Below, in pieces: positions 1-12,167 of a stretch of 64,000 bases of DNA (within the stretch, counting starts at the first letter, position 1; the number at the start of each line of letters is the position of its first letter). Location of the stretch: contig QPGO01000202.1 in NCBI GenBank assembly GCA_008632985.1, positions 62,001-126,000 on the forward strand, read 5' to 3'. This DNA comes from Psammoneis japonica (Eukaryota). The notes under the pieces were generated by a model. That model searched no databases, was not told where the DNA came from, and saw only the letters and a list, made by a program, of their open reading frames with translations. The position numbers and the translations under genes were made by a program.

Positions 1-2793
1 TTCAATGCTGTGAATGACACAACGTCAACACCTTGCTCTGGAACATGACATGAAATAAACGACTGTGAGTGAGACAACGGCAGGCAATGCAGCAACACCT
101 CCAAAAACATCAAAACATGACACTGCACCACCAGACGCAAAACTGCAACTCAGTGCGCTAACTTTTTTCATCACAATGCCACATGTTGCACACATCAGTC
201 ACAGGACAGGGACTGTCGGCCGCATTGAACCAATCGTCTTTGAAATGAGCATCGCAGAGACAAACGCCATTTTCACCATTGATGGTTTTTGAGTTCTGAC
301 CTCATTGTTGGAAAAGCACCAGAAGCTGTGCAGCACTTGATTTTGGGCGGATGGGCCGATGTGCGCATTCGCGCAAAGCAGCCGAGATTTTGAAAGGCAC
401 AAAGTCCATTGGGTGCTGAGTCGTGGCACTGAGCAAAAGAGAGGCTCACAACCTGAGAGTGCTCCACTGTCCACAGTCTGCACAGCACAGCTCTCTCACA
501 ATTCGCGTTGATCGTCGGCGACAATCTTCCTTTTTGACAAATCTCAGGTGCTGCAAGACCACTGGTGACACCATGCCAGACAAACTGCCAACCTCCCCAA
601 ATCAGAAGTCTGCTTCCTTGCTGCATCTGCACTCCTGGAGACATGGGCTTCACTCCCATCCATTGTCAACCCCCCCAACGAGCCACCCCCCATCGCGCAC
701 GCTCTCGGTGCACCTCTCCCTCTCAACAACATCATTTCCTTCCTTTTGGAAGACCCCTTTGATTGCTGCACACCCACAAGCCATCAACAAATGTCAAGAC
801 AACACCTGTGTCACAATCACCAATCACCTCAACATCTCTGAACCCTCCAACCATGCGCCAAGCTCCTCTCTGCGCCGAACCCACGCGGCATCATCCCCAT
901 CTTTTTTGCACACACAACGACCCCCCAATCAAGCACAAACTCCTTTTCTTTGCCACCCCTCTTGTCATTGACATCACAGATGCCACCCTTCACCTTTGCC
1001 CTGGCATGATGCCCAAAGATTTGCTCCATGACCCACCCCCCTGTCACCCCCCTCCCCCCCACTCACACATCCACATCCTTTGCCCAAGCAGACAACAAAC
1101 CATCTTGCGACACTCTCTTGGAAATGGCTCTCTCTTTTCTTGAAGCTTTCTGGCAACCTGCACCCACACCAGCATCCACACCGTCACTGATTGCCCCCCC
1201 CCCCCCCTCACCCCTCTCAAACAACCAAAAAATGCTCTCATCCACATGACTCTGACAACTCAACATGCTTGCCCGACACCACCATGGGCCAAGCCGACAT
1301 TGAAACCACTGCAGACCACACCAAGCCCGCAATTCCAACCCAAATCACTGCAGTTGCAGCCATTGAAGACACAATCTGACATGGACTTTGAACACTCTCA
1401 ACGGGACTGTGAGCTCCTCAATGCATTTGATCAATGGGTCCCTGCACCTCTGCACCTGCACACCTTGATGAATGGAATGAACTGGCCTGTGGTGCCGCCA
1501 AACTAAATCAAGACCCCGCTGCACTCCACCCAACCATCCAGAAATGGAGCCCATTGGCACATGCACCCTGCTGGGGGTTGCCAATTGGTCATGACCCCTT
1601 GAGGGCTGCTCTTTTTGCCTTCCAACTGACACCCCTCCGACCCAAGTTCCCAAGCTTCTGCGTGCACATCTGTCCTCTACACACAAACATTGCAGCTTGT
1701 GATCCATGTGCCTGACTCTTTTTTCCAGCAACCACACAATTTACATCCATGTTGTCACTGTCAACATGCCACCAAGATGTGCCTTTGAGACACCCACCTG
1801 CACACCCGCATTTGCAACACCCACCAACAACCTCGCACAACCACCAACATCCACAACTTGTTGCATCATCCTGCCCATGCCAAGAGCTTTCTGAACAGAC
1901 AGCTTCCCTTCAGTGGCTCAACTCACCAGCCCTTTCACCATCACCTTTCCGCACCTCCATTTGGCACAAATTGCCTCCTTCCTCTTGCCTTCAAGTCACC
2001 CTCACTTTTCACCACTTTGTCCAATCATGGGCTGTCGATTCTTCCCAACCCCACGACCCTGCCGATGACCTGCCTTCACCCTGGCAGACATCTCCAGAAC
2101 ATTTTTTCAAGCTCTCCTTTCTTTTTTGAATCCTTCATCTTCTGCCCACACCCCAAGGACTCCAACATCCCAATTTTGACCACATCCTCCTTCTTTCAAC
2201 CCAAAGGATTTGCTCAAGGCTGTCCTCCAAGCCTGCTTTTTCCTGCCTTGTCCTCTCCCATGCATTCAAACCCAATCAATGATGAGCTTCACTGCTGACT
2301 CCCTTCCCACTCCAAATCTGCTGCTTCATCATGCTTTGAGGACACTCACATCTTCCTTCCCTTCTCCAAAATCCCTTGGCTCCTCAAGCATCTCTCTGCT
2401 CAAGGCCCCCAATTCAGAGTCAAGGTCAACACATCCAAAACACAAATCCTTGCATCCATTGCCAGCACTTCCCAGATCAAAACCAGCTTTTGCCCACCAC
2501 CAACACCAAAGCCCTTGCTTTTGCTTCTCAACCCCGAAAACAGCCCAAACATCAAACCTGAAATCACTGCTGGCATTCAATTCCTCGGCCAACCCATTGG
2601 ATCTGTTGCCTTTGCCCCATGTTTTCTTGAGACAGCAAAAGCCACCACCATTGCCACAGACCTCCAATGTCTTGCCACCCACCTCACCAACAAACAAACA
2701 CAAAGCACACTTCTTCTGTCAACAGACATCTGCTGCAACCTTGTGCACCACTGCGACCCTCCAAACCCCTTCCGACGGGCATCTCCCTTCACC

Positions 2794-3176
2794 TGCAGCA
2801 TGCATTGTTAAGTGGAGGAATTCACACATCATGTTCACAATTGCACATCATCACATGTGTCAATCACACCACAATCGTGGATGTGCACAAAGGACAGATC
2901 AATCACACACAGATGTGGTTGGAAGTCCAAAATTGCAAATGCAATCAGACGATGATGTTGACACATGAGGTGTCAATGTTGATCGCATCTGGACAATCTA
3001 TTGTCATGATCCATTTCTCCATGAGGCCTTCAGTCTGCAGAGACAGTGCAAAAGGTTTGGGCCATTGAGAACTCCTTTGGAGAAACCCAAATCTTAGAAC
3101 AAAATCCAACCTCATAATTTTCCACTTTTTGTGATTTATTTTGCTTTTGTTGCACTCGTTCTTCAAGCAGAGTGCA
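2794..3176 (+). mobile_element. Solo LTR of the Gypsy family seen at 43.5-64 kb
   Basis: TGCA...TGCA termini. Homologous to the LTRs at 43517, 52563, 53771 and 60868. Flanked by a 4-bp direct repeat CACC (2790-2793, 3177-3180) consistent with a TSD. Confidence 0.85.
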
Positions 3177-4024
3177 CACCAACAAAATCATTGGTCCTTC
3201 CCTGCACTTCCTCACCTGCCCCACTCAATGCACAGACCCACTCCCTTCTGCTGCCAAGCTCATCGCCAGCCTGTCCATCTCTCCAGGCAGCATTGGCTGT
3301 CACAACATCTCTGCTGTTGCCATTCCAGCCCTCATCACCTCTCTTGCCTGATCCATGAGCTGCACCAAACACGGCATCCCACTTGCTGGTGACAACTCAT
3401 TCCATCTCCCTCAGAGCTGCTCTGCCACTCTTGGCTCATGGTCCAACCCATGATCCAACCTCTCACTCTGCTGCATCTTCTGCCACTGTGCTCCCACCCT
3501 CTTCCAATTTGACTCTCCTTCCTTCTCGTCACTGCAACATGCCATTGAACACCACAACCTGCAAGGCCTGGCACAACGCCTCCATCTTTGTCACCACAAG
3601 AACAACACCCTTCCTTCCTCAAATTCTGGCTGACCCTGGCCTTCCATCCAACCAGCTCTCCCACCCCTGCTCTCCTCGCTTGCAGCTTGCGGGTTTGTGC
3701 CTTCACTCTCTTTCCCAACTGCATGTGCATCAAACTGACTCCCACCAACCCTGTTTGCACTTCTCCCTCTTCACAAGCTGCAACTCCCTGTAATTTCTCC
3801 TGATCCACTCTAACATGACTGTCCATGTGGTCACACCTGCCCAGACCCTTGTGAGGACCATGCCTTCACCTGCCACAAAATGCACAAGAGCCCTTTTGTT
3901 TCAAACTGTGTCCATGATGCCATCTGCATCATCATCGAAACACTGGCCTCCCTCAGTGGTCCATGCTGCTCTTGCCAACAAATTCATCTAAACCCCAGCC
4001 AACCCTCTTGCTGACCACCCCTTG

Positions 4025-4532
4025 AGGATGGATCTGCGTGCAGCGGCATGATTTAAAATGGCTCGCATTTCCCACAGCACTTCACCGTGTCATTTTGACC
4101 TGTCTCGGAACACCCCCAAACACTCGTGCATTTGTCAAACCCTCACAGGGGCTGCCAAACATCTGCAAGAGCTGCACATTTAATGCTTCAAATGCCGCTT
4201 GTCAGCCTGTGCCCTGTTGTCAGGGTCACGGTTGAAAAAGCACCAATTTTCACTAAAATCTGGCTTCTCATGGGAGATGAGCTGCAACTTTCTGGGAAAA
4301 GGCAATGAGTGGCATTTGACTGGCTCTTTACATGATGTGCATCTACAGTCGACGAGGCAAAAGTTGCGCACGGTCACAACCATTGTTCGTGCATTCTGTG
4401 ATGTCTTTGAAGCGGACAAAGTTCGACCTTTCCCGAAATTGCATTTTTGGTGAATGCGCGCATTCAGTGCAAAGAACCTGGGTTGTTTTTATAAAAATTA
4501 CGAAAGCATGCCGCTGCCTGTGGATCCATCCT
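4025..4532. mobile_element. MITE / non-autonomous DNA transposon with ~30-bp TIRs and a probable TA target site
   Basis: Left arm AGGATGGATCTGCGTGCAGCGGCATGATTT; reverse complement of right arm AGGATGGATCCACAGGCAGCGGCATGCTTT. Flanks are TG (4023-24) and CA (4533-34). Removing the element plus 2 bp restores the LINE frame D-H-P-L-K-C-P-T-N-I. Confidence 0.8.
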
Positions 4533-5271
4533 CAAAATGCCCCACCAACATTGGTGCTCAACTTGTCCCCGGTTCCACACTGCCGACCACCGGAAGCTCC
4601 ATCCACCCACCAATTTTTTGGCCATTGATGTTGCCGCATTGCCAGCTCCCCCACATGCACTCATTTTGCCCACCCCTGAAAACCTGTTGAACAAGGCTCA
4701 CCTCAGCAGCACATGGGGCAAGCTCTTTGGTTGAACTGCATCATCTGCCTGCCGCTCCGACATCATTGACGCGCTGCTGTCAATCAAGCAGGAGGACTTT
4801 TCCTCCTCCCTTTCACCTTGGATCATCTTTGGTGTCTCCACCACAACATCCTCCTCCATCCCTCCTCTCCCTTCCAAACCACCTTGGGCCAATCCATCTT
4901 CCCTCTCCAACTCCCAAGAGCTTCCTTCCCCACCTTCAAAAACTCGCTCTTGCCCCCCCCNCCCCCCCCCCCCGACTTCCTTGCCCACTCCAACTGCGCC
5001 TGGAAACAAGCAAGTGTCACAGACTGCTTTGGCACCTCCCATCACACCGCAACCCCCCAACTTTGGGCCTCACTCGGCGTCGCTCTCTCCAACCACCTCT
5101 CCTCCGACACCCAACTGTCAATGCATGCATGACAACTCCTCCTCCCGACCGTCTGTCCGCACCCTTGGCCGCCCATCTTTCTTCTCTCCATCACTCCGCG
5201 CGCTCCGTGCGCCACTCCCACCACACACTCCTACCGTACCGACCCACCGGGTGCAATGCAACCATGAGACC

Positions 5272-7107
5272 ATGACGGACAAATCATCTTTGAAACGACG
5301 CAAACGCCTTCGATCTCAAGCACGGTGTACACCATGGCGTGATGTATGGGAATTAGAGCATGTCGGTCAGACGCTCATGTACGCTACTCATCTGTTGGAC
5401 AACGACGACAGTAGTTGCAATCCAGAAAACATGTCGCAGTTTCAGCATGCACTTTCACGCGTTTCTCTGTGGAAGTCACGTTCGGAGCAGGGGAGAATTC
5501 CGCATTCGATTGAGACTACAGCGGCTCTTGCCGAATTGGCATGGCGAGATTACGTCTCCCGCAATTATGATGGGTATGCAGGGACGAGGAGTACAATGGA
5601 GCTGCGCTTAGCGTATTCTTCGGCACTTATTCGTGGGATCAACGGAATTGCAGACGTTATGCAACAACACCGTGCGACAGCATCGAGTGTAGCGTCCCTA
5701 TGCGAAATGGTAGGGTTGCCTGGGTGGTTGGTGGATATGAGGCATGATGCTGCTCACAATGATTTGCCCACGCTCCCGTCGCTTCGGTTGGCCTGTCGAA
5801 CCTTTCTGGGATTTCTTCACGAGCGGTATTGGCAACCCATGGCTGCAGCACGAAACGATATCAGTGAAAGTGCAATGAAATCGCTGACCCAATATAAAGT
5901 GTTGTCGAAATCGCAGCCAATGGTGTACTCCTCCAACATGGATCATTCTACCACGCAACAATTGCAACACGCAGACACAGAGAGTGACGACGAGAGTAGT
6001 ACGAGCAGCAGTGACGATGAAGAGTGGGACAATCCAAACGCTAAACTATGGGGTCGCAGTGTTGGTACAAATGAGAACCGTTATTCACTCTTGAGTGTGC
6101 CCGACAAAAAGAAGAAGCCCAAGAAGAAACCCAAGCGAAAAGCGAAGAAGGTAGTTGCAAAACTTGACGAGAATTCACCCATATATCACGCTCGTCAATA
6201 TGTAAAGACGATACCCATTGATGTTGGCTTTCGAGTAGCATTCTCATTTTTGATATGGGGCAGTGATTCTACAAAAGACCGTGGGGCACTCATTCCTGGC
6301 TCACAAGCGGCGTATCCGGAAGACATTGCTGGAGTAGAAAAGATTCGACAACGCTACAAACCCCTGATCCACATTTTGTGCGGAACTTGGCCTGGTTTGG
6401 CATCGGCATTACTAGTGCATCTAGTAGATGGGATTCTAAACATTGAACACGGCCTTTTGCAGGAGACCAAGTCGGGCAAGATGGATGGTTCTTTGACGAG
6501 ACGGATTTTTTTTCTCGTGTCGTGGGTTCATTATCTCCTGTCACGAGAGTTCCATATGCAGCGCCACCCAGAAGTTGCGCAATTTCCGGGTGGAGCGGAC
6601 CTCTCCAAAAAGGCTGATTGGACAGCAGCAGAACAGTCTTTTCTACAAAGTACAGCGCCACTGGAGGTCCTCCAACAGGCAAACTTTCCTCTCAACGGCC
6701 TGTGCGATCGATGTTGCAATATGAATGACAACAAGTCTTCTTTCTGTCAGGCAAGCTCTGATCTTTCTGAATTGTTTTGCCGACTTCTCGGTGATGCCAG
6801 AGTACTGGATATGGGGGTGACGCAGTCGTCTCCCGAAAACACAAGTAATGTAGAGCAGCAAGCTTGTAAACGGCCCAAGCGTTCATTGGTTGAGAAGCCA
6901 GAGGGGCCAGACAGCATATCGAAAGGAATGTCTCTGGCAGACATGGAAGCGCTCTTGTCTGACAGTGATAAGGAAGCGGAAAGCCCACCAGAAAGGCCAT
7001 CGTCAAGCATAGAACAAACAACGACGGATGCGACAGAATCGTCGTGGGTTCAATGTGAAACGTGGGAAGCCTGTGCCGTTGGCTCGCTCCCAGGATACCC
7101 AGCATAG
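5272..7107 (+). CDS. LAS1: Las1-like pre-rRNA processing endoribonuclease (HEPN)
   Basis: Long ORF with 'WKSR...PHSIETTA', 'LRLAYSSALIRGINGIAD' and 'GLPGWLVDMRHDAAHNDLP' (HEPN RxxxxH). The ATG at 5272 was chosen because the upstream in-frame stretch is LINE relic. Confidence 0.88.
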   Translation: MTDKSSLKRRKRLRSQARCTPWRDVWELEHVGQTLMYATHLLDNDDSSCNPENMSQFQHALSRVSLWKSRSEQGRIPHSIETTAALAELAWRDYVSRNYDGYAGTRSTMELRLAYSSALIRGINGIADVMQQHRATASSVASLCEMVGLPGWLVDMRHDAAHNDLPTLPSLRLACRTFLGFLHERYWQPMAAARNDISESAMKSLTQYKVLSKSQPMVYSSNMDHSTTQQLQHADTESDDESSTSSSDDEEWDNPNAKLWGRSVGTNENRYSLLSVPDKKKKPKKKPKRKAKKVVAKLDENSPIYHARQYVKTIPIDVGFRVAFSFLIWGSDSTKDRGALIPGSQAAYPEDIAGVEKIRQRYKPLIHILCGTWPGLASALLVHLVDGILNIEHGLLQETKSGKMDGSLTRRIFFLVSWVHYLLSREFHMQRHPEVAQFPGGADLSKKADWTAAEQSFLQSTAPLEVLQQANFPLNGLCDRCCNMNDNKSSFCQASSDLSELFCRLLGDARVLDMGVTQSSPENTSNVEQQACKRPKRSLVEKPEGPDSISKGMSLADMEALLSDSDKEAESPPERPSSSIEQTTTDATESSWVQCETWEACAVGSLPGYPA

Positions 7108-7236
7108 CGTTTTTCTTTTTCTTTAATCTCCCACTCACTTCTATTCATAAAAAAGCGTTATTTACTACAAGTAAATGCAGGTTTAACAGAAAATGACAAG
7201 CCAATTCGGTCCTGTCATCACAATACGTCTAATTCT

Positions 7237-8479
7237 CTAGACTCGCATGTTTTCAACCTTTACTCGAATCACCTTATCCCTTGAAAGTTGAACGTCATAC
7301 TTGTTGGTTTCTCGAATCCATTCCTTGATTGTTCCCCACTTGCCATTCAATTCAGGTTTCGAATTGAGGCCGTCTAATCTCGCAACTGTTCCAGTTTCAA
7401 TCACAACATTTCCAGGTTTGAGGCTGACAACCTTGCCGCCCGAAAGATAAATATTGTAACGCTGTTTGTCAGGATTCCATGCAAGGATGGTTCCCGTCTT
7501 TCCATTGAGCTCGGGTTGACTTTGAATATCATGGAGGTGAACATGGACATGCTGCAAAAGGTTGGATGGTTTGACACTCATGGTTTCATCGGAATCTTCA
7601 ATTTGCACAACATATCGTCCCGTGTTTTCCTGATAACCCTGAACAACACCGCGGTCTCCATTCCGATCCGGTCTGCTAACGAGTTCCTTGAGCGATACAG
7701 CTGTGCCTGGAGGAATAGCGTCATATCGACGAGCAGGGCGACGTGCACTGCCACCCATTCGACCAGGCATACTAGCACCCATACCAGCAGGCATACCTCC
7801 CATTCCTCCAAAACTGCTATTCATACCGCCCATACTTCCTCTCATACTGCCTCCTGAAAAGAGTGATTCTAACGGAATTCCACCTCCCATGCTTCCTCCA
7901 GGTCCACCCTGAAAAGAAAATCCAGACGATCTAGGACCACCAAAGTGCATTCCTCCTCCTCCTCCACCAAAGCCTCCAAAAGGATCCGAGTCGCCAAAGA
8001 AGGATGCAAACACTCGTTGTGCGTCTTCTTGACTCATGCGATGACCTCCACCACCGGGACCACCAAATCCAAACGGCACTCCGCCGCCCCCCGCTGGCAT
8101 GTCTCCACCATTTTGTTCCGCCACATTGACTCCGTCCTTTCCGTATTGATCATAGACTTGTCGTTTCTTCTTGTCTGATAAAACATCGTAAGCCTCTGAA
8201 ATCTTTTGAAAATTCTCCGTTGCTTCTTGACTACCAGGATTCTTATCGGGGTGCCACTGTAATTTAAGAATAACAACAAAACGTTGAGCACCAAAACGAA
8301 ACAAGCGCAAAGACAATACACGAACCCAGAACACACGTAGCTGCTCATATGTTTTGTACGCAGAAACATACCTTTACCGCAAGTTTTCGATACGCTTTTT
8401 TTAGTGTATTGTCATCGGCGTTCTTTGAACATCCCAGAACTGCATAATAATCATCCGATTTTAAGTTTGGTTGTGGCAT
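7237..8479 (-). CDS. DnaJ/Hsp40 protein (J domain, G/F- and G/M-rich region, repeated C-terminal units); 2 exons 8479-8372 and 8256-7237
   Basis: DDYYAVLG...[10 protein letters not shown] joins WHPDKNP across a GT-AG intron at 8371-8257. HPD motif intact. Confidence 0.9.
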
Positions 8480-8976
8480 TTTCTTGCTGAAGTTGTCTTT
8501 GTTGTTTGTTGTTTTATGGCAAGTGCAACGCTGCTGCTGTGTGTGGTGTAAAAAATGTGATGCGAGCAAAAAAGCGCGGGAAAGGCGGGTGGCGTGGGTG
8601 TCGTGTCTTGTTGTCTTTACGGTGGCGAGTGCCACACATTTTCACGTACAGAAGTTTTACGTAGAAAACATACCATGGGCATCCCTCATTCGCACATAGA
8701 ACTTCTTCGAAGATTCCCTCTCATTCCCGGATCGCACTAGAGTGCGCAGTGCGCGCGCAAAAACGGCACCACACACAAAAAAAGCAACACGCACGACCTC
8801 CGACCGCAGGAAACAACAAGGGGAGAGGGAGAGAAGAGAGAAGCGCGTGGCGTGGAGCTGCTGGCTGAGTTTGCACACGTCTCCGCGAGAAAGCTTTAGA
8901 TAAAACTAAGGACGGCAGCCATTAACTTTCTATTAGAGTGTAGAGGACGACATCTCTAAAGAGGGTGATTGAAATC

Positions 8977-11374
8977 ATGGCTCAGAACGAACAACTTATC
9001 GATAACACTGAAACAACAGACCACGAACACTGTTTGGTATGCTACTCCGACTTGAAGGAGCACGCGGGCATTACGCCTTGCGGGCACAATGAGGTTTGCG
9101 GAGTATGTCACTTGAGACTGCGTTATTTGCACAATGACAAAAAGTGCCCCATGTGTAAAGCGGACAACGAACGAATCATTGTCGATGAACCACAAAAAGA
9201 CTTTGACGATTATCCGATTTGGGGCAACGAGCTGGGTTCTGATTTTGTGTACCGAGAAGACGTTGGAATGTTTTTCAAAACCAAGTATTATCATGACGAG
9301 ATTCTGCCCCTGTTTGGGTTGCACTGTACATTGAAAGGTTGTCATTATAATGGAGTAACACCAGACGAGAACATTTATGAAGACAAGGCTCAACAAAACA
9401 ACGACAAGAATAAGAAGACGCCGCTACGGCATTTGCAAGATCATTTGCGAAACAAGCATCGATTGACACTTTGTAATTTATGTGTCGAGTTCAAACGAGA
9501 CTTTGTCAGTCGACTTCCTCGCTTTACTCCCAATCAGTTGAAAAAGCACTCCTCCAAGGGTGATGGTGCTGCCTCTGGATTCAAGGGACATCCGCTCTGC
9601 GAATTTTGTCGTCCCAAACGATTCTATGATTTGACGCAGCTGCACCAGCACCTGAATAAGGAACACTACAAGTGTCACGTCTGCGAGAAGATGGGACGAC
9701 ACAATCAATTCTTTCGAAACTATTCCTCGTTACAACGTCATTTTGACAGGGAACACTTTTTGTGTCACGACGTGCAATGCCTGGCGGCACGATTTGTGGT
9801 GTTTGAGAATGAAATCGATTTGCGCGCTCACGAATTGAGTACGCACGGTGGAACGTCTACCGGATCCACCAAGATTCAACTCGAATTTCGAGTCCGACGA
9901 TCGGGGCATGATGGTGCCGGTGTGGCGCAAGAAGTGCCCACGGATGAAGATTTTTCCTACGGATTGGATGGAGAAGCCTTTGTTCCTGAGGACCTTCCGT
10001 CACAACAAGAGGCGGCAGGTGTCACGTCCAGCCATCCCCAGCATGTGGCTCGGACAGCTGAAATTAGAGCCCACGCGGAGAGAATAAGAGAGGAGAGGCA
10101 GATGGAACAACTAGAGGATGCTTTTCCTTCACTGGGCGGTAGTAACAACGAATCTGGCGGTGCCTTGAGGGTGGGCTGGTCGTCTGATGGAGGCATACGG
10201 GCAAGGAACAGAGTCGGAGAGGTGACAGCGGAACAGTTTCCGTCTTTGCCTAAGGCTAGCAAGAAGAAGAAATCAGTTGCTACCCAGATGCGTGCAAAAC
10301 CTGTGGTGAGAGGGAATAGTGCCGCTTCCGCTACTACGGCAGCCGCCATCTCTGCTGCATCGTGGGGAAGAGGTACCGCCTCGAATGCCGTCACTGCTGC
10401 TCCTCCATCTCGGGCACCCACGTTGTCTTCCTCGGCTTTTCCACCTCCAAGCTTTGGAGGTACCTCAGCAACAACGACAGGCAATGTAGCATCTCGTAAT
10501 CGCGAGTCAAATCTCCATCCCGACAACTTCCCGTCGCTCGGAGGTGGATCGACTCAACGGTATGTCTCAGCAGAAGCATTTTCTAAACAAAACAGGCAAG
10601 GAAAGACTGGCCCTTCGTTGGACAATCCCAGTGAATTTCCGCCACCTCCAACTGCATCATCTACTCGTACTAGCTACAACAAGGGTATTACGCAAAAATT
10701 TGGGGCGAAACAAAAGCCACCGTCGCAACAAGCACTTGATAACGTGCTTAAGTTTCCACCACCGCAAGCCTCCTTATCGTTAGCAGAGGGCAAGGCTACG
10801 ACGGAACAAATGAAAGCCAGTCTCGGGCCGGCAAAGTACAAGCGTCTCAAGGCGTTAACTAAATCTTTTGCGCTTGACGAAACTCCGCCTGAATCTTATG
10901 TCGACCAGACAGCAGCGCTGTTTGATGGAGGATACTCTGATCCGGACTTTTGGTCCTTTCTACCGAGTCTGCTACAGTCTTGTCCGAACGAGTCGTCGTC
11001 ACAAGAGGCAATCCAATACATGAAGAAACTTCGTGTAACGACTCAGAATGACTTTGTGAGTAGCGGCGACGCACTTGGTCAAGCGTCGTTGTCATCTTCA
11101 TCCCGTCCTCTTTCGTATCCGGTGTATAATGCAACCCTGGCACAACCCGCTGGCAAGAAAAAGTCAAACGCATGGAATTCAGGCTCTGGTGCTACAAAAG
11201 CGGCGCCGGGCATGGTCTCATCCCTGGCTACGCAACAAACACCGGGAACAGCCACAAAGTTTATGGCCAAGGAACAAAAGCAACAAAAGCAAGCGGCGCA
11301 ACAGCAAGGAAAGAAGAAAAGTCAGAAAAAAGAAGGAGAGGGATGAATTGCGTTCATTAGCCTTTGGGAACTAA
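8977..11374 (+). CDS. ZNF598: ZNF598/Hel2-like RING plus C2H2 E3 ligase (ribosome quality control)
   Basis: RING CLVC...PCGHNEVCGVC...CPMC, 'GHPLCEFC', C2H2 array, 'HFDREHFLC...FVVFENEIDLRAH', FPSL repeats. As assembled it stops at 11346; the likely native end (DELRSLAFGN*, 11374) needs a 1-nt shift in an A-run. Confidence 0.88.
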
Positions 11375-11501
11375 TGCAGGTCGCCCTCGGGATGGAGGCA
11401 AGGAATTCTTTCAAGGACAACCGTCAACCTATAAGTTGTGATTATGAAGGTTGTGCGGAGGATCGTGCCGTCATTCTTGGCCTTTGTTTCGTACAAAGCA
11501 G

Positions 11502-11810
11502 CTAACTATCTTTTAATTCATCGCATACTTCGCCATACGAGGTCCAATTCCTCCCGCCACACTTCTGCAGGAACTCTTTCCATTCTCCAACGGTACAGCT
11601 GTGGCTGTCCAAGCGTGCCGTCTCGACGCCAACAGCATTTTCTTCTTCAATCATAGCGTATCGATGTAAAGGAAAAGATTCATCAAAAACTGCCACCGTC
11701 CTTGGTTTTGCTGCTATTACACCTCCCGAAGCGCTGTACATAGTGACGCCCTTAACATCGAATTCGATCCAGCAGGAATCTACCCCTCGCGATTTCACCA
11801 TTGAGCCCAT
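11502..11810 (-). CDS. Hypothetical short ORF
   Basis: 102-aa ATG ORF with normal genic composition; no recognisable motif. Confidence 0.25.
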   Translation of the reverse strand: MGSMVKSRGVDSCWIEFDVKGVTMYSASGGVIAAKPRTVAVFDESFPLHRYAMIEEENAVGVETARLDSHSCTVGEWKEFLQKCGGRNWTSYGEVCDELKDS

Positions 11811-12167
11811 GCTGTCAAAGAGAAACTAGAAAGATGTTGCTGAAGCCGAGCACATCTCTTGTGAGAGAGCAATGTGATGTGCTCCGCAAGCCACATAGTT
11901 CATTAAAACTAAAATATCATAAAATCATTCCCACGCATTCCCGTCATGATTCAACAGGACAGATAAGGGCATCAAAATCTGAAATTTTAATCTCAGCGCC
12001 CTCCTCTAGAAGTAGCTCTCTAGCTAGAGCACGTTACTGACTGAACTTTGGCACAAGTGTGACTGAGATTACCGTGCCATAAAGGTACATTATGCCAGGA
12101 CTTACTCCAGGTCGTACAAACTTTAGCAATAGGTACCGTTACTCAGTACATACATACAGTACGGTAA

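Larger units (their letters stand above)
540..5150 (+). mobile_element. Degenerate non-LTR retrotransposon (RT plus restriction-like endonuclease, CRE/R2-type), interrupted by a solo LTR and a MITE
   Basis: RT motif QPKGFAQGCPPS at ~2197-2232 (canonical QGCPLS) and GIQFLGQPIGS at ~2572-2605. Zn-knuckle-like DPCEDHAFTC at ~3845-3875. RLE motifs KCPTNIG (restores to KRPADIG by reverting CpG decay, 4535-4555), LAIDV (~4618-4632) and PFTLDH (~4808-4825). Many stops and frameshifts. Ends are approximate. Confidence 0.7.

Noticed and set aside
4953..4973. Poly-C tracts (also ~1194-1207) as G-quadruplex elements
   Set aside because: They lie within a C-rich LINE relic and one contains an N, so their length is unreliable.
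4981..5271. 97-aa N-terminal extension of LAS1 in the ORF track
   Set aside because: It starts at TTG inside TpA-depleted LINE relic and is probably open only because stops are scarce there.
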